From: Bryobacteraceae bacterium
GTDB taxonomy: Bacteria; Acidobacteriota; Terriglobia; Bryobacterales; Bryobacteraceae
Length of the DNA: 64,000 bases
Reading direction: 5' to 3'
NCBI GenBank assembly: GCA_050011755.1
Contig: JBEKIM010000005.1
Coordinates: 8,007-72,006 of the forward strand
Notes under the pieces: generated by a model
Told to the model about the DNA's origin: nothing
Seen by the model: the letters and a program-made list of their open reading frames with translations, nothing else
Databases searched by the model: none
Part shown: positions 17,439 through 28,500 of the stretch, one piece after another
How the letters are laid out: each line of letters opens with the position of its first letter
Numbering within the stretch: the stretch's first letter is position 1
Position numbers and translations under genes: made by a program

Positions 17439-19436
17439 ATGGGATTCCTGGCGCCTTGGGCTTTGGCCGGAATAGTGGCGGTGGGCCTGCCCGTTTGGCT
17501 GCACCTGCTCAAGAAACATAAAACCACGCCCCTGCCATTCAGCTCGCTGATGTTTTTCGAACGCCGCACGCAAAGCTCCATCAAACACCGGCGCTTGCAA
17601 TATTTGCTGCTGCTGGCTTTGCGCGCGGCGGTGATTGCGCTGTTAGCCTTTGCCTTCGCCCGCCCGTTCCTGCAATCCCGCCTGGCCTCCTTGGCAGGGG
17701 GACCCCGGCTGACGGTGCTGGCGATCGATAATTCCTTCAGCATGCGCGATGGCGATCGTCTCGCGCGCGCCAAACAGGAAGCCGGCGAGGCTGCCTCGAA
17801 ATTGCGCGCCGGAGACAAGCTGCAAGTGCTGGCGTTCGGCTCGCAGGTGCATATGATGGGCGCCTCGGCCGCGGCCGTCCGCACGATCGAGCCGGCCGAT
17901 ACGCGCAGTTCCTACGCGGAGCTTTCGCGTGCGCTGCGGGCCCTCGCGCAATCTGCGCGCATGCCCGTGGCGGCGCACCTTTTCTCCGACATGCAGAAAT
18001 CGTCGCTGCCCACCAACTTCTCCGACCTGCGATTGGGCGACAATGTGCAGTTGTTCGCGCATCCCGTGGCGGATCGCCGTGCGGCTAACTTCGCCGTCGA
18101 AAGCGTCAGCGCGCCGCCGACCATCTATGGCTCCGGGAAAGCGCGCGTGGAAGCCACCATCGCCGGCTACGGGACCGAGCCAGCTAAACGCCGTGTGGCC
18201 CTCGTGCTGAATGGCCGCGAGATCGACTCCAAGGCCATCGACGTCCCCGCCCGCGGGCGCGGCACCGCCGAATTCCCGCAGGTGGATATGCCTTATGGCT
18301 TGAACCGCTGCGAGGTCCGCATCGATTCCGCCGACAGCCTGCCCGATGACGATCGTTTCTATTTTTCGGTCGAGCGGGCCGAAGCCCGCCACGTGCTCTT
18401 CGTACACGAAGGCCGCAATCAGCGCGACGCGCTCTATTTCCGCACCGCGCTCGAAGCTGCCGCTGAATCGGCTTATGCGCTGGATACCGTGCCGCTCGAG
18501 CAGAGCGCCAATCTCGATCCGCACAAGTATGCGTTTGTAATTCTCTCGGATGTGGGGCCGCTGCCGGCCGCCTTCGAAACCGCATTGCGCGGCTACGTGC
18601 GCGCGGGTGGATCGCTGCTGGTGGCTTTGGGGCGCGAGTCGGCCTTAGCTAACCATGTGCCGGTATTCGATGAGAAAGTCGTCGAGCCGCGCTACTACGG
18701 CCGCGATGGCGCGCTCTTCCAGACCGCGGCGTGGTTGGATGAAGGTCACCCGTCCATTCACGACGCCCAGCATTGGGACGACGTGAAATTCTACCAGGCG
18801 GTGCGTGTGAATCCGGGTTCGGCCCAGGTGGCGGCGCGCCTCGGCGACGACACGCCGCTGCTGCTCGACAAGCACTTTGGCGAAGGGCGTGTGCTGGTGT
18901 TTGCTTCCACTTTCGACAACATCTCCAACGATTTTCCGCTACACGCTTCCTTCGTGCCGTTCATCGAGCACACCGCGAACTATCTGGCGCGGCAGGAAGA
19001 GCGTCCCAGCAACTATCTGGTCGGCGCGTATCTCGATTTGCGGCAGGCCAAGGAAAAGGGTGAGGCGGTAGAAGTCCTCGACCCTAAGGGCCAGCGCGCG
19101 CTGACGCTGGACGAAGCCACGCGTGCCCAGAACATGCCCCTCACGATGGCCGGTTTTTACGATGTGAAGCGGCCCAACGGACGGCATGAACTGGTAGCGG
19201 TGAACGCGGATCGCCGCGAGTCGGATCTGGATGTAATCTCCGCGGATACCCTGGCGCTATGGCAGAATACGGCTCAGGGACAGCGGGATGCGGCTGTGGG
19301 AGGGGCACCGGAAGCGCCCAAGCCCATGGAGTTTTGGTGGTATGTCCTGATGGCCGTGCTGGCGTTGGCGGTAGCCGAATCGTTGTTGGGCAACCACCAC
19401 TTGACGGTCGATCCGGACGCGGGAGGGCAGGCTTAG
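17439..19436 (+). CDS. BatA-type membrane protein (N-terminal double-TM aerotolerance domain, TIGR02226-like) with VWA domain
   Basis: The N-terminus is MGFLAPWALAGIVAVGLPVWLHLLKKHKTTPLPFSSLMFF. A VWA start VLAIDNSFSM follows. The ATG directly abuts the DUF58 stop. Confidence 0.82.
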   Translation: MGFLAPWALAGIVAVGLPVWLHLLKKHKTTPLPFSSLMFFERRTQSSIKHRRLQYLLLLALRAAVIALLAFAFARPFLQSRLASLAGGPRLTVLAIDNSFSMRDGDRLARAKQEAGEAASKLRAGDKLQVLAFGSQVHMMGASAAAVRTIEPADTRSSYAELSRALRALAQSARMPVAAHLFSDMQKSSLPTNFSDLRLGDNVQLFAHPVADRRAANFAVESVSAPPTIYGSGKARVEATIAGYGTEPAKRRVALVLNGREIDSKAIDVPARGRGTAEFPQVDMPYGLNRCEVRIDSADSLPDDDRFYFSVERAEARHVLFVHEGRNQRDALYFRTALEAAAESAYALDTVPLEQSANLDPHKYAFVILSDVGPLPAAFETALRGYVRAGGSLLVALGRESALANHVPVFDEKVVEPRYYGRDGALFQTAAWLDEGHPSIHDAQHWDDVKFYQAVRVNPGSAQVAARLGDDTPLLLDKHFGEGRVLVFASTFDNISNDFPLHASFVPFIEHTANYLARQEERPSNYLVGAYLDLRQAKEKGEAVEVLDPKGQRALTLDEATRAQNMPLTMAGFYDVKRPNGRHELVAVNADRRESDLDVISADTLALWQNTAQGQRDAAVGGAPEAPKPMEFWWYVLMAVLALAVAESLLGNHHLTVDPDAGGQA

Positions 19437-19471
19437 GTCCGCGCGGGATTTAGTTCCGCCAAAGGTGTCGT

Positions 19472-22400
19472 ATGAATCCATTGACCGGCGTAACCGATTA
19501 TCTTCGCCGCATCGAGCGGCGCTTGCGGGTTCTGGCCTTCACCAGGGGCGTGGCGATTACCGCCGCGGCGGCACTGGTCTTCACGGTGCTCGCGGTGCTG
19601 TTGGCCAACGCTTTCGCATTCTCCAATCCCAGCGTGACCGGCGCGCGGGTGGTGCTCTTCGTAGCGCTGGCTCTGGCCCTCGGTATCGGGCTGGTGGTTC
19701 CGTTGCTCCGCCTCAACCGCCGCCATGCGGCGCGCGAAACGGAACGCAAGTTTCCTGAGTTCGAGGAGCGGCTGCTCACTTTCACCGAGCGCGCCCGCGC
19801 CAATCCGGACGATCCCTTTCTGCCGTTGCTGGCCGCCGACACCCTGGAAGTCTCGCACAAAGCTGAACCGGCGCGCATTGCCGGACGCAATCGCATTCTC
19901 AGCTTCATCGCCGGCGCGGCGGGATCGCTGGCCGTGCTCCTGTGGCTGGGCACGTCCGGTCCCGGGTTCCTGGGTTACGGAACCTCTCTGCTTTGGGGCC
20001 GGCTGCCGAAAGGTGAACTCACGCCGTATTACGACATCGCCGTGCAGCCCGGCAATCGTACCGTGCGCCGTCTGGCGGATCAATTGATCGGCGCGGAGCT
20101 GAAAGGTTTTCAGGCGCAGCGCGTGCGCATGTTCGCGCGCTATGCCAGCTCGTCGAAATGGGAGCAGGCGGACATGCGCCCGCAAATCGACGGCCCCGGC
20201 TACGAATTTCTGATCGCCGGCGTGCCTGAGTCGCTCGATTACTATGTGGAGGCCGGCAGCGTCCGTTCGAAACAATACCACCTGAAGGTGGTCGATCTGC
20301 CCGGCATAAAAAAGCTGAAAGTCACTTACCATTTTCCCGGCTGGACCGGGATGAAGGATAAGGTCGAAGATCCCGGAGGCGACCTGCGTGCCGTGGAAGG
20401 CACGGATGCCGAAGTGGCCATCGAAACGGACCGCCCGCTGGCGAACGGCGCCCTGCTCTTCGACGATGGCACCAAAGTGCTGCTGCGCTCCGGCGAGAAC
20501 GGCTTGCGCATCGCCAGCGTGCCCATTCGCAAGGATGGCATGTATCATATCGCCGCGGTCGATCGGGGCGAAGACGTACGCCTGAGCCCGGACTATTTCA
20601 TCGAAGCGCAAAAGGACGAGCCGCCCACCGTGCGCATCACCCGGCCGCAGGCCGACGCGCGCGTGAATCCTATCGAAGAAGTGACCGTCACGGTGGAGGG
20701 CCAGGACGATTTCGGGTTGAACGAGCTGAGCCTGCATTACTCGGTGAATGGCGATGCCGAAAAAACCGTCTCCCTGCTGAAGAGCAAGGGGCTAAAGACC
20801 GCATCCGGCTCGACCACCATCGCTCTGGAGGATTTCAAGCTCTCGCCGGGCGACCTGATCAGCCTGTATGCCACTTCGCACGACGCGCACTCCATCGCGC
20901 GCACCGATATGATGTTCGTGCAGGCCGAGCCCTTCGAACGGCGCTACTCGCAATCGCAGGAATCCGGCGGCATGGGCGCCGGCGGCGATCAGGATGACAA
21001 CCGCATCTCCGAGCGCGAAAAGGAAATCATCGCGGCCACCTGGAATCAGATCAAGGACAAGTCCGGGGATAAGGCTGTGGCGTCTGAAAACGCGGGCTTC
21101 CTCTCGGGCGTGCAAGCGAAATTGCGCGACCAGGCGCACTCGCTGTCCGATCGCATGAAAGCGCGCCAATTGGCCGGATCGAGCGAAGAGTTCAAAGCCT
21201 TCACCGCCGATATGGACGATGCCGTGAAGGCCATGGGGCCGGCGGCGGACAAACTACGCGGCTCGCAATGGGAGAATGCCCTCGCGCCTGAGCAGAAAGC
21301 CTTGCAGCACCTGTTGCGCGCGGAGGCCGTGATGCGCGATATCAAAGTGGCCTTCGGGAATCGCGGAGGCGGCGGCGCGGGCGCCAACGGCGGCGCGGAG
21401 CGCGATCTGCAAAGCCTCTTCGACCTGGAGCTCGACACCGAGAAGAACCAGTATGAGAGCGGGCAGTCCTCGGCTTCCAAGGATCAACAGCAGCGCAAGA
21501 TCGACGAGGCCCTGCAGAAGCTCGAAGAACTCGCCCGCCGGCAGCAGGAACTCGCCGGGCAGCAGCGCCGTAACCAGCAGGTTTCGCAGCAGCGCTGGCA
21601 GCAGGAAATGCTGCGCCGCGAGGCCGAAGAACTGCAGCGCCAGATGGAGCAGCTCTCGCGAAATCAGCAGGGCCAGCCGCAATCCGGGCAGCCGCAGTCG
21701 GGACAGCCGCAAAACGGCCAACCCCAGTCGGGGCAGTCATCCGGCCAGCCATCCAGCCAGGGCGGCCAAATGTCGTCGCAACAACTGCGGCGGGCCATCG
21801 ATCAATTGCGGCAGGCGCAGCAGGATATGCGCCAATCGACTTCCACGCAGAGTGAGGCCGATGCCCGGCGCGCCGCCGAGCGCTTGCAACAGGCCCGCGA
21901 TCTCCTGTCGGGCCTTCGCCAGCAACAGGCGGCCGCGGGTGTGGACGATCTGGCGCGCCAGGCCGACGCCCTTGCCGGGCGCCAGCAGGAATCCAACGCC
22001 CGGATGCGCCGCGCGTTCGGCATGCCCGGACAGCAACAGGCGCAAGGGGCCACGCGCGAGCAGGCGGAAGAGCTGGCGCGCGAAAAAGAGCAATTGGCCA
22101 GCGATTATCAGCGCCTGGAAGCTGGTATGGGGACCACTGCCCGGGATACGCGGGCCACGAATCGTGAGTTGTCCAGCAAGCTGCGGGATGCCCTGGGCCA
22201 GGTGCAGCAGAACGAGATCAACAACCGTCTGCGGCAGGGTGCCGATTTCATGCGCCATGGCAACGGCGCGGCGGCCACCATGCGCGACGCCGTCACCACG
22301 CAGGCGCTGAACAATCTGCGCGATCAGTTGCACGAAATGCAGAAGATGGCCGGCAACGGCCAGCCGGGAGCCGGCGACAAGGATCAACAGGCTCTGGCCC

Positions 22401-23005
22401 AGGCTCTGGCGCAAACCGAACACCTCCGCCAGGAGATGGAACGCGCTATGCGCGGACAGCAGCCGGGCCAGCAGAAAGGTCAAGCGCCCGGCCGGCAACC
22501 CGGTCAACCCGGTCAGGAAGCGGAGGGACAGGACGGCCAGCAGCCGGGCCAGCAGCCGGGCCAGCAGCCGGGCCAGCAAACGGGCCAGCAGGAGGGCCAG
22601 CAGGTGGGCGGCGGCCAGCCTGGCTCGCTAGGTCCACTGAACGGCCGGCAAGGCGGCGGCCTCTTGCCGACACCCGGACCGGCTTCCGGCGATTCCGGCG
22701 ACTTCCTCCGGGACTATCGCGCCACGCTTCGCGACTTGGAGAATAACCCGCGAATTGGCAAAGATTTGCGCGATTCGATCCACGATCTGTACCGGCTCGA
22801 TCCCCGCCTCTCTCCCGGCAATGCGCAATTGATGAATCTGATCGAATCGCAGATGCTCTCCGGAGTCGAGCAGCTCGAACTGCAGTTGCGCCGCCAGCTC
22901 GACGGCCAGAATGGCGCCGTCCGCAGTGGTGCGGCCGACCCTGTTCCGCAAGGTTACGCCGACGCGGTGGCCGAGTACTTCCGGCGCTTAAGTAAGGAGA
23001 AGTAG
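19472..23005 (+). CDS. DUF4175-type large membrane-anchored protein with Gln-rich low-complexity regions
   Basis: N-terminal TM pair (FTRGVAITAAAALVFTVLAVLL...VVLFVALALALGIGLVVPLL), a long coiled/Q-rich central part, and operon context with MoxR/DUF58/BatA support the call. The family assignment is from memory of the architecture. Confidence 0.7.
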   Translation: MNPLTGVTDYLRRIERRLRVLAFTRGVAITAAAALVFTVLAVLLANAFAFSNPSVTGARVVLFVALALALGIGLVVPLLRLNRRHAARETERKFPEFEERLLTFTERARANPDDPFLPLLAADTLEVSHKAEPARIAGRNRILSFIAGAAGSLAVLLWLGTSGPGFLGYGTSLLWGRLPKGELTPYYDIAVQPGNRTVRRLADQLIGAELKGFQAQRVRMFARYASSSKWEQADMRPQIDGPGYEFLIAGVPESLDYYVEAGSVRSKQYHLKVVDLPGIKKLKVTYHFPGWTGMKDKVEDPGGDLRAVEGTDAEVAIETDRPLANGALLFDDGTKVLLRSGENGLRIASVPIRKDGMYHIAAVDRGEDVRLSPDYFIEAQKDEPPTVRITRPQADARVNPIEEVTVTVEGQDDFGLNELSLHYSVNGDAEKTVSLLKSKGLKTASGSTTIALEDFKLSPGDLISLYATSHDAHSIARTDMMFVQAEPFERRYSQSQESGGMGAGGDQDDNRISEREKEIIAATWNQIKDKSGDKAVASENAGFLSGVQAKLRDQAHSLSDRMKARQLAGSSEEFKAFTADMDDAVKAMGPAADKLRGSQWENALAPEQKALQHLLRAEAVMRDIKVAFGNRGGGGAGANGGAERDLQSLFDLELDTEKNQYESGQSSASKDQQQRKIDEALQKLEELARRQQELAGQQRRNQQVSQQRWQQEMLRREAEELQRQMEQLSRNQQGQPQSGQPQSGQPQNGQPQSGQSSGQPSSQGGQMSSQQLRRAIDQLRQAQQDMRQSTSTQSEADARRAAERLQQARDLLSGLRQQQAAAGVDDLARQADALAGRQQESNARMRRAFGMPGQQQAQGATREQAEELAREKEQLASDYQRLEAGMGTTARDTRATNRELSSKLRDALGQVQQNEINNRLRQGADFMRHGNGAAATMRDAVTTQALNNLRDQLHEMQKMAGNGQPGAGDKDQQALAQALAQTEHLRQEMERAMRGQQPGQQKGQAPGRQPGQPGQEAEGQDGQQPGQQPGQQPGQQTGQQEGQQVGGGQPGSLGPLNGRQGGGLLPTPGPASGDSGDFLRDYRATLRDLENNPRIGKDLRDSIHDLYRLDPRLSPGNAQLMNLIESQMLSGVEQLELQLRRQLDGQNGAVRSGAADPVPQGYADAVAEYFRRLSKEK
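21671..21775 (+). repeat. In-frame 15-bp tandem repeat (GQPQS x4) plus degenerate units
   Basis: Four consecutive 15-nt units run from 21671 to 21730: GGCCAGCCGCAATCC, GGGCAGCCGCAGTCG, GGACAGCCGCAAAAC, GGCCAACCCCAGTCG. Related GQSS/GQPS units follow. Confidence 0.85.
22535..22606 (+). repeat. In-frame 12-bp tandem repeat (GQQP x3, then GQQT, GQQE, GQQV)
   Basis: GGCCAGCAGCCG occurs three times identically, then GGCCAGCAAACG, GGCCAGCAGGAG and GGCCAGCAGGTG. Confidence 0.85.
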
Positions 23006-23013
23006 GGCGGCCC

Positions 23014-23099
23014 GTGGCGCACGCTTCAGCGTGGCGGCGGGACTCTTAGGTCCCGCTAAGCCGGCTGGAAAGCCGGCTGCGGCCAGGATTGGCCGCCCC
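23014..23099. repeat. Mosaic hairpin repeat, locus b (between convergent DUF4175 gene and mutS2)
   Basis: The element reads GTGGCGCACGCTTCAGCGTGGCGGCGGGACTCTTAGGTCCCGC, then TAAGCCGGCTGGAAAGCCGGCT, then GCGGCCAGGATTGGCCGCCCC. Confidence 0.8.
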
Positions 23100-23122
23100 A
23101 CATCTGTGTATGCACCGGCCCA

Positions 23123-25531
23123 CTACTCTTTCAACTCCACAATGGTGGCCCCGGTCCCGCCCTCCTGCGGCGGTGCCGCGTAATGTTTCTCCACGTGGGG
23201 ATGCCGCTCCAGCAGTTCCCATAGAACTTTGCGCAGGATTCCCATGCCGTGCCCGTGTACGATCCGTACGCGGCTGGCCGTGGCCATCACGGCGCGGTCC
23301 AGGAATTGATCCACGTTGTCGCGGGCTTCTTCGGCGCGCTGGCCGATCACGTTGATCTCCTGGTGTACCGGCGTGAGTTCCGGCGCCGGCTTGTATGTCA
23401 CGTTCTTCGGTAGCCGGGCGCTCCCGCCCGTATCGGGCAGCACCTCCAGGACGTCATCCACGGAAACCTGCATCTTCATGAACCCGGCTTCCACTTCCAA
23501 CCGGTCTCCGGCGAGTATGCGACGCACGCGCGCCGGTTCGCGGATGCCCTGCAGACGCACGCGCACGCCCTCCTCGATCTTGGGCCGCTGCAGATCGCCG
23601 TGGCGCGATTCGTCCTGCGTGGAAAGCACGGTGGCCTGGAATTCCTGGCGGAACTCGCGCTTGGTCTTGGCCACCCGCCGTTGGGCCTGCTCGGCTGCCT
23701 TGCGCTGCTCCGCGCCGTGCACAATCTGATCGATGGTCTGCTGGGCCTGCTCCTCAAATTTGGCCAGCATCTGCTCGGTGCGGCGCTCCAGCTCTTTCAG
23801 CTTCGAAGATTCGCGCTTCTCCCATTCGCGCGCCACTTCCTTTTCGCGCGCGGCCAGTTCGGCCTGCTTCTGCCGCAGCTCCCCCTCCAGCCCTTGCACG
23901 TCTTTCAAGCGTTGGTGCAACTCGCTGAGGAATCGACCCAGGTCGCGCTCCCGATCGCTCAGGGCCGCCCGCGCGCGATTCATGATGTCTGCCGGCATGC
24001 CCAGGCGTGTGGCGATTTCGAGACCGGCCGACTTTCCCGGCATGCCCGTGTGCAGCACGTAGGTCGGTTCGAGCGTCTGCTCGTCGAAACCCATGGATGC
24101 GTTCAGCACGCCCTTCGTATTTGCCCCGTAGATCTTCAGCGCCAGCAGATGCGTGGATGCCAGCGTGTACGCTCCCGCGGCGCGGAAGTGCTCCACGATG
24201 GCCACGCCCAGCGCGCCGCCCTCCTCCGGATCCGTGGCCGCGCCCAACTCGTCCAGCAGCACCAGCGAATCGGGCGTCACGTCGAGCGCCATCTCGCGGA
24301 TGTGGGAGATGTGCGCGGAAAACGTGCTGAGGCTTTCCTGTATCGACTGGTTGTCGCCGATGTCGGCGAGCACCTGGTCGAAAATGGGGAACTCGGCTTC
24401 GGCCGCCGGCACGGGCAATCCGGACTGCGCCATCAGCGTGAGCAGGCCGACGGTCTTCAATGTGACGGTTTTGCCGCCGGTATTCGGACCGCTGATCAGC
24501 AGCGTGTGGGTGCTTTTGTCGAGTTCCAGCGTAATCGGCACCACCGGCTTGCGCTGCCGGCGCAGCACATCCTGCAATAACGGATGACGCGCCTCGCGCA
24601 GCAGCAATCGGCCGCCAAACCGGGGGATGGCGCAATCGAAGTCGATGGCGAAGCGCGCCTTGCCGAAGATCATTTCCAGTTCCCCAAGCGTGTCCATGGT
24701 CTGCCGGATGGACTCGGCATAACCGCGCAGCCGCGCCGTCAACTCGCGCAGAATCCGGTATACTTCCTGCGTTTCCTCCTCGGTAAGCCGCACCAGTTCA
24801 TTGTTCAGATCGATGGTTTCGAGCGGCTCCACGAACAGCGTGTGGCCGCTGGCGCTGGCCGCATGGATCACACCGTCGATTTTGCGGCGCTGGCCCGCCA
24901 CGATGGGAACTACGAAGCGCTCGTTGCGGATGGTGACGAATTCCTCCTGCAGCACGCCTTCTTCCTGGTGGGCTTTCAGGAACCGCTCGAGCGATGCCTG
25001 GATGGACTTGCGCTGCCGCTCGATATCGCGGCGCAGCCGCGCCAGCGCTACGCTGGCATGATCCGCGACCGAGCCATCCGGCTGGATCTTGCCTTCCAGG
25101 TCCTTCAGCAGCGCGCGGAAATCGCCGATGAACTGCGCGCGCGCACCCAGCCGCGGAAAGCGCTCCGCGACCGCGTTGAGCACGCTCTTGGCGTCGGCCG
25201 CGCGATCCAGCACGCCGAAGAGGTCGAAGATTTCCTTGCCTTCCAGGCTGGCGCCTTCGATGCGCAGCTTATGCACGGCCTCAGTCAGGTCCGGGAAGCC
25301 GCCGAATTCGATGCGGATGGATGCGCCGCGGCCTCCGGTCTGTGGGCGCGCGGCCGACCGTAGGTATTCGACCGCTTCCCCGGCGTCGGCCAAATCGGCG
25401 GAAAGCCGCGCGGCATCGCTATGCGGCGCGATGCGGGCCAGTTCCCCCTTGCCTGGCGGGCTCGAGACATAGCGGCCGAGCAGGGCGCGAAGCGGTTCGT
25501 ATTCGAGGATATCGGCGCTGGTGGCCTTCAT
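23123..25531 (-). CDS. mutS2: Endonuclease MutS2
   Basis: 802 aa with Walker A GPNTGGKTV, a MutS domain V layout, a long coiled coil, and a C-terminal Smr domain (...VRIVHGHGMGILRKVLWELLERHPHV). Confidence 0.92.
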   Translation of the reverse strand: MKATSADILEYEPLRALLGRYVSSPPGKGELARIAPHSDAARLSADLADAGEAVEYLRSAARPQTGGRGASIRIEFGGFPDLTEAVHKLRIEGASLEGKEIFDLFGVLDRAADAKSVLNAVAERFPRLGARAQFIGDFRALLKDLEGKIQPDGSVADHASVALARLRRDIERQRKSIQASLERFLKAHQEEGVLQEEFVTIRNERFVVPIVAGQRRKIDGVIHAASASGHTLFVEPLETIDLNNELVRLTEEETQEVYRILRELTARLRGYAESIRQTMDTLGELEMIFGKARFAIDFDCAIPRFGGRLLLREARHPLLQDVLRRQRKPVVPITLELDKSTHTLLISGPNTGGKTVTLKTVGLLTLMAQSGLPVPAAEAEFPIFDQVLADIGDNQSIQESLSTFSAHISHIREMALDVTPDSLVLLDELGAATDPEEGGALGVAIVEHFRAAGAYTLASTHLLALKIYGANTKGVLNASMGFDEQTLEPTYVLHTGMPGKSAGLEIATRLGMPADIMNRARAALSDRERDLGRFLSELHQRLKDVQGLEGELRQKQAELAAREKEVAREWEKRESSKLKELERRTEQMLAKFEEQAQQTIDQIVHGAEQRKAAEQAQRRVAKTKREFRQEFQATVLSTQDESRHGDLQRPKIEEGVRVRLQGIREPARVRRILAGDRLEVEAGFMKMQVSVDDVLEVLPDTGGSARLPKNVTYKPAPELTPVHQEINVIGQRAEEARDNVDQFLDRAVMATASRVRIVHGHGMGILRKVLWELLERHPHVEKHYAAPPQEGGTGATIVELKE

Positions 25532-25559
25532 TTCTTCTATTGTCGGTCATCCGGCTGGG

Positions 25560-28500
25560 TCACTGCCCAACCGTGATGTATCCGGTGTTGCTGGGCACGC
25601 CGGCCAGCGTGACGACTACCGGTTGATCGCCCGCCGGAGTTTCAGGGGGCACAATGAAGTTGATTTGTGCGACTCCGACCAGGTAGTACGGAATTCCGGC
25701 AAACGCGATCTGCGCGGGCACGCCGTTCACTAACACTTGCACCCTGGCATACGGATCGGGCAGGCCCGAAACGGGCGCCTGGTTGGGCGGCGCGGCGCCG
25801 GTAGCCACCGCGGGCGTCACTGGACCTTGGCCGGTCAGGTACAGCGTGACATAGCCTCCGGCTGTCGCGGCGGCGCTGGGCGCGATGTGCCGCCGGTCTG
25901 AAGCCAGAAAGATGCCGGGCGCGACCGCGTTCACATAGACGGACTGGTTGGCGATCTGTCCGCCCGCATTCGAAACCGTAAGTGTCGCGGGCCCCGGTGG
26001 AACCTCATAAGGGACCTGTACATTCAACTGCGTGGGCGAAACGTAATAAAGCGGCGCCGCAATGCCGTTCATCTTCACGCTGGTTCCCTGCATCGTCAGC
26101 GGCAATGGCAGAACGCCGGCGGCCTCCGTGCCGGCCGCCAGATTCACGCCCGGATCGAACAGGCTCAGTACCATGCCGGGCGCCGCTCCGGCTTCGAACG
26201 AGGCGCTGTTCAGGTATGATATTCCGGTTGCGGGCGCCTGATATGTAATGGGGATAGTTTGATACTGGGGCGTCGACATCAGCGACTGAATCACCAGGGA
26301 GGCGCGATACAGGCCACCCGGAACCAGACCCGCCGGGTTCACGGACACCTGCATGGCGGTGGCGCCCATGCCGGATGCTGGAGTGATGCTCAGCCACGCC
26401 GCGGGCGATTGTTGGTAGACGAGAGTCGCGCTCCACGCGAGGCCGCTTGCTCCGGGATCGACTGCTACGCTGGCCGCCGCCGGCTGCGCGGAAGTGAATT
26501 GAAGCGCAGGCGTGTTCACGCTCAGTGGGGCGGCACTGGGCTGCACCGAGAACACAAAGCCGGGATAATCCGAAATCTGAGCGGAGCTTGAATTGGTAGC
26601 GGAGAGATCCATCAACAGCCCGGTCCAGGGATAAATGAAGGGATCGATTGTATTGGGCCAGCAGAGATCTCCTTCCACGGTTCCCCCCGCCGGGATGTAT
26701 GTGGATGCGAAGGACGAGAGCAGGGATGATATATCGGGGCCGATGTCAACTATGCTTAGAGCAGTCAGCGTGACCGGAGAATCACCGGCCGACTGCAAGA
26801 CCACGTGCTGCCGGATGGGGCACGCCGGCGCCGCCGGATTCACGTAAATAAGCGCCGGGAGCCCATAAGCGAGCAAACCCGAGGCTGACCCGGCGGGGTC
26901 CGCGAATTGCGCGTAAAGCGATTGGGTCCAGGTCGTGCCGGAGCCGGGATCGACTCCGCCGATCCCCACGTTGTTGCTCTGGCTGTAAGCCACGTTGGTC
27001 AGATCGATGACCGCGCTGACATAGCCCGCCGGAGGAATCGTAGCGCTGCCAAACAGAGCGCCGATTTGGCCGGAAAGATCTTGTCCCGCCGCTGTAAGTT
27101 GCGTGATGGTGGTGGCTACTCCGGCCGTTTCCGTGAGTCCCAAAACAAAGCGCCAGTGGGTTGTTGAACCCACCGTGATTTGCGGAACGATCGGGTAGGC
27201 ATTCGGAGGGAAGAGATCGGCGTTTACGGCGGCGATCACTCGCGACTGCGCATTGGCGACGTTGAGAGTGACGGGAATTGTAACCGGCGTGCCCGTTCCC
27301 ACAGTGACTGTATACGAGGATGTGTAGGTTCCGTTGACGAAGAGTGCCGGATTCCCGGCCCCCACTATGATGGTTAACGGCGTATCCGCATTGATCAGTG
27401 TGGGCGTGTTGAAAGCGCTCGTCTGGATCCCATAGGTCAGCCAGGGATCGGCCGCCTGTATCGAAAACGGAACCGGCGTCAGGCTCGTGGTGGTCACCTG
27501 CATGGAATTCGACCCGCCGGATGGCTGGCCTAACGACGTATCCAGAACCAGCGCGGAAGGGGTGACCGAAAACGGGGGCGCCGTATTCACATTGCCGGTG
27601 AGATAGGGCTGGAGCGCCGTATCGGCCACCGAAAGCTTGCCGTAAGCGGCGCGCTCGAATCCGGTGCAAATGGATTCCGGTGAGTCCGCCGATCCCGAAG
27701 CCGTCCCCACCACTTCCGCATTCGAGTTCAGCAGAGGCGAGCCCGAGGAGCCCGGCTCGATCACTCCCTTGTCGTAATTCACCTGATAGTCCACATTCGC
27801 TGGAATCATGGTGCCGGAGATATCGATGGGCTCGTCGGCGCTGCGCTCTCCGAAACTGATTCGCGCCCAGGATCCCTGTGGATGATGAATGCCCACCACA
27901 GGATCGCCGATGTTAGGCGGAGTCGTCGTCCAGCCGAATAAGTACACTCCCGCCGGCGCGGGCGCCGTAAGGGCCAGCAGCGAATAGTCGCCTTCCTCAA
28001 ACGGTGCGCTGGTCAGGTAAGTGGCTCCCGTCTCGGTTCCTATAATGCCGATGTCGGCGCCGGTGTTGTTGCATACGCTCGACTGATAGCCGAAGATCAG
28101 GTTGGCGCTGCGCGCCTCCGAAGCGCTGCTGATGCAATGGTTCGCCGTCAGCATATAGGGCGCGTAAGCCAGGCCTGTGGGATTGAGCAGCGCCCCGCTG
28201 CAGGTATAGTCTCCGCCATTATCTCCGGCGAACTCGTACTCTACCACTCCGCTTGCATACTGCGCCCATTCGGGATAACAACTCACGTCCAGTTCGCAGG
28301 CGGCCGGAGAGTCTGGCGTGGTGCGCGGTCCGGAGGCGTCCGGGAGGATCGATGCCCATTGATGGATCACCGCATCCACGCGAAACGGCAGTGCCGTGGG
28401 TGCGCCCGCGGGCGCGTCGAATTCCACGATCGCTTCGTCGGACTCGACCGTCGAAGACCAGAACTCGCCCGTTCCAAACAAACCTCGTCCCGTGTAAGGG

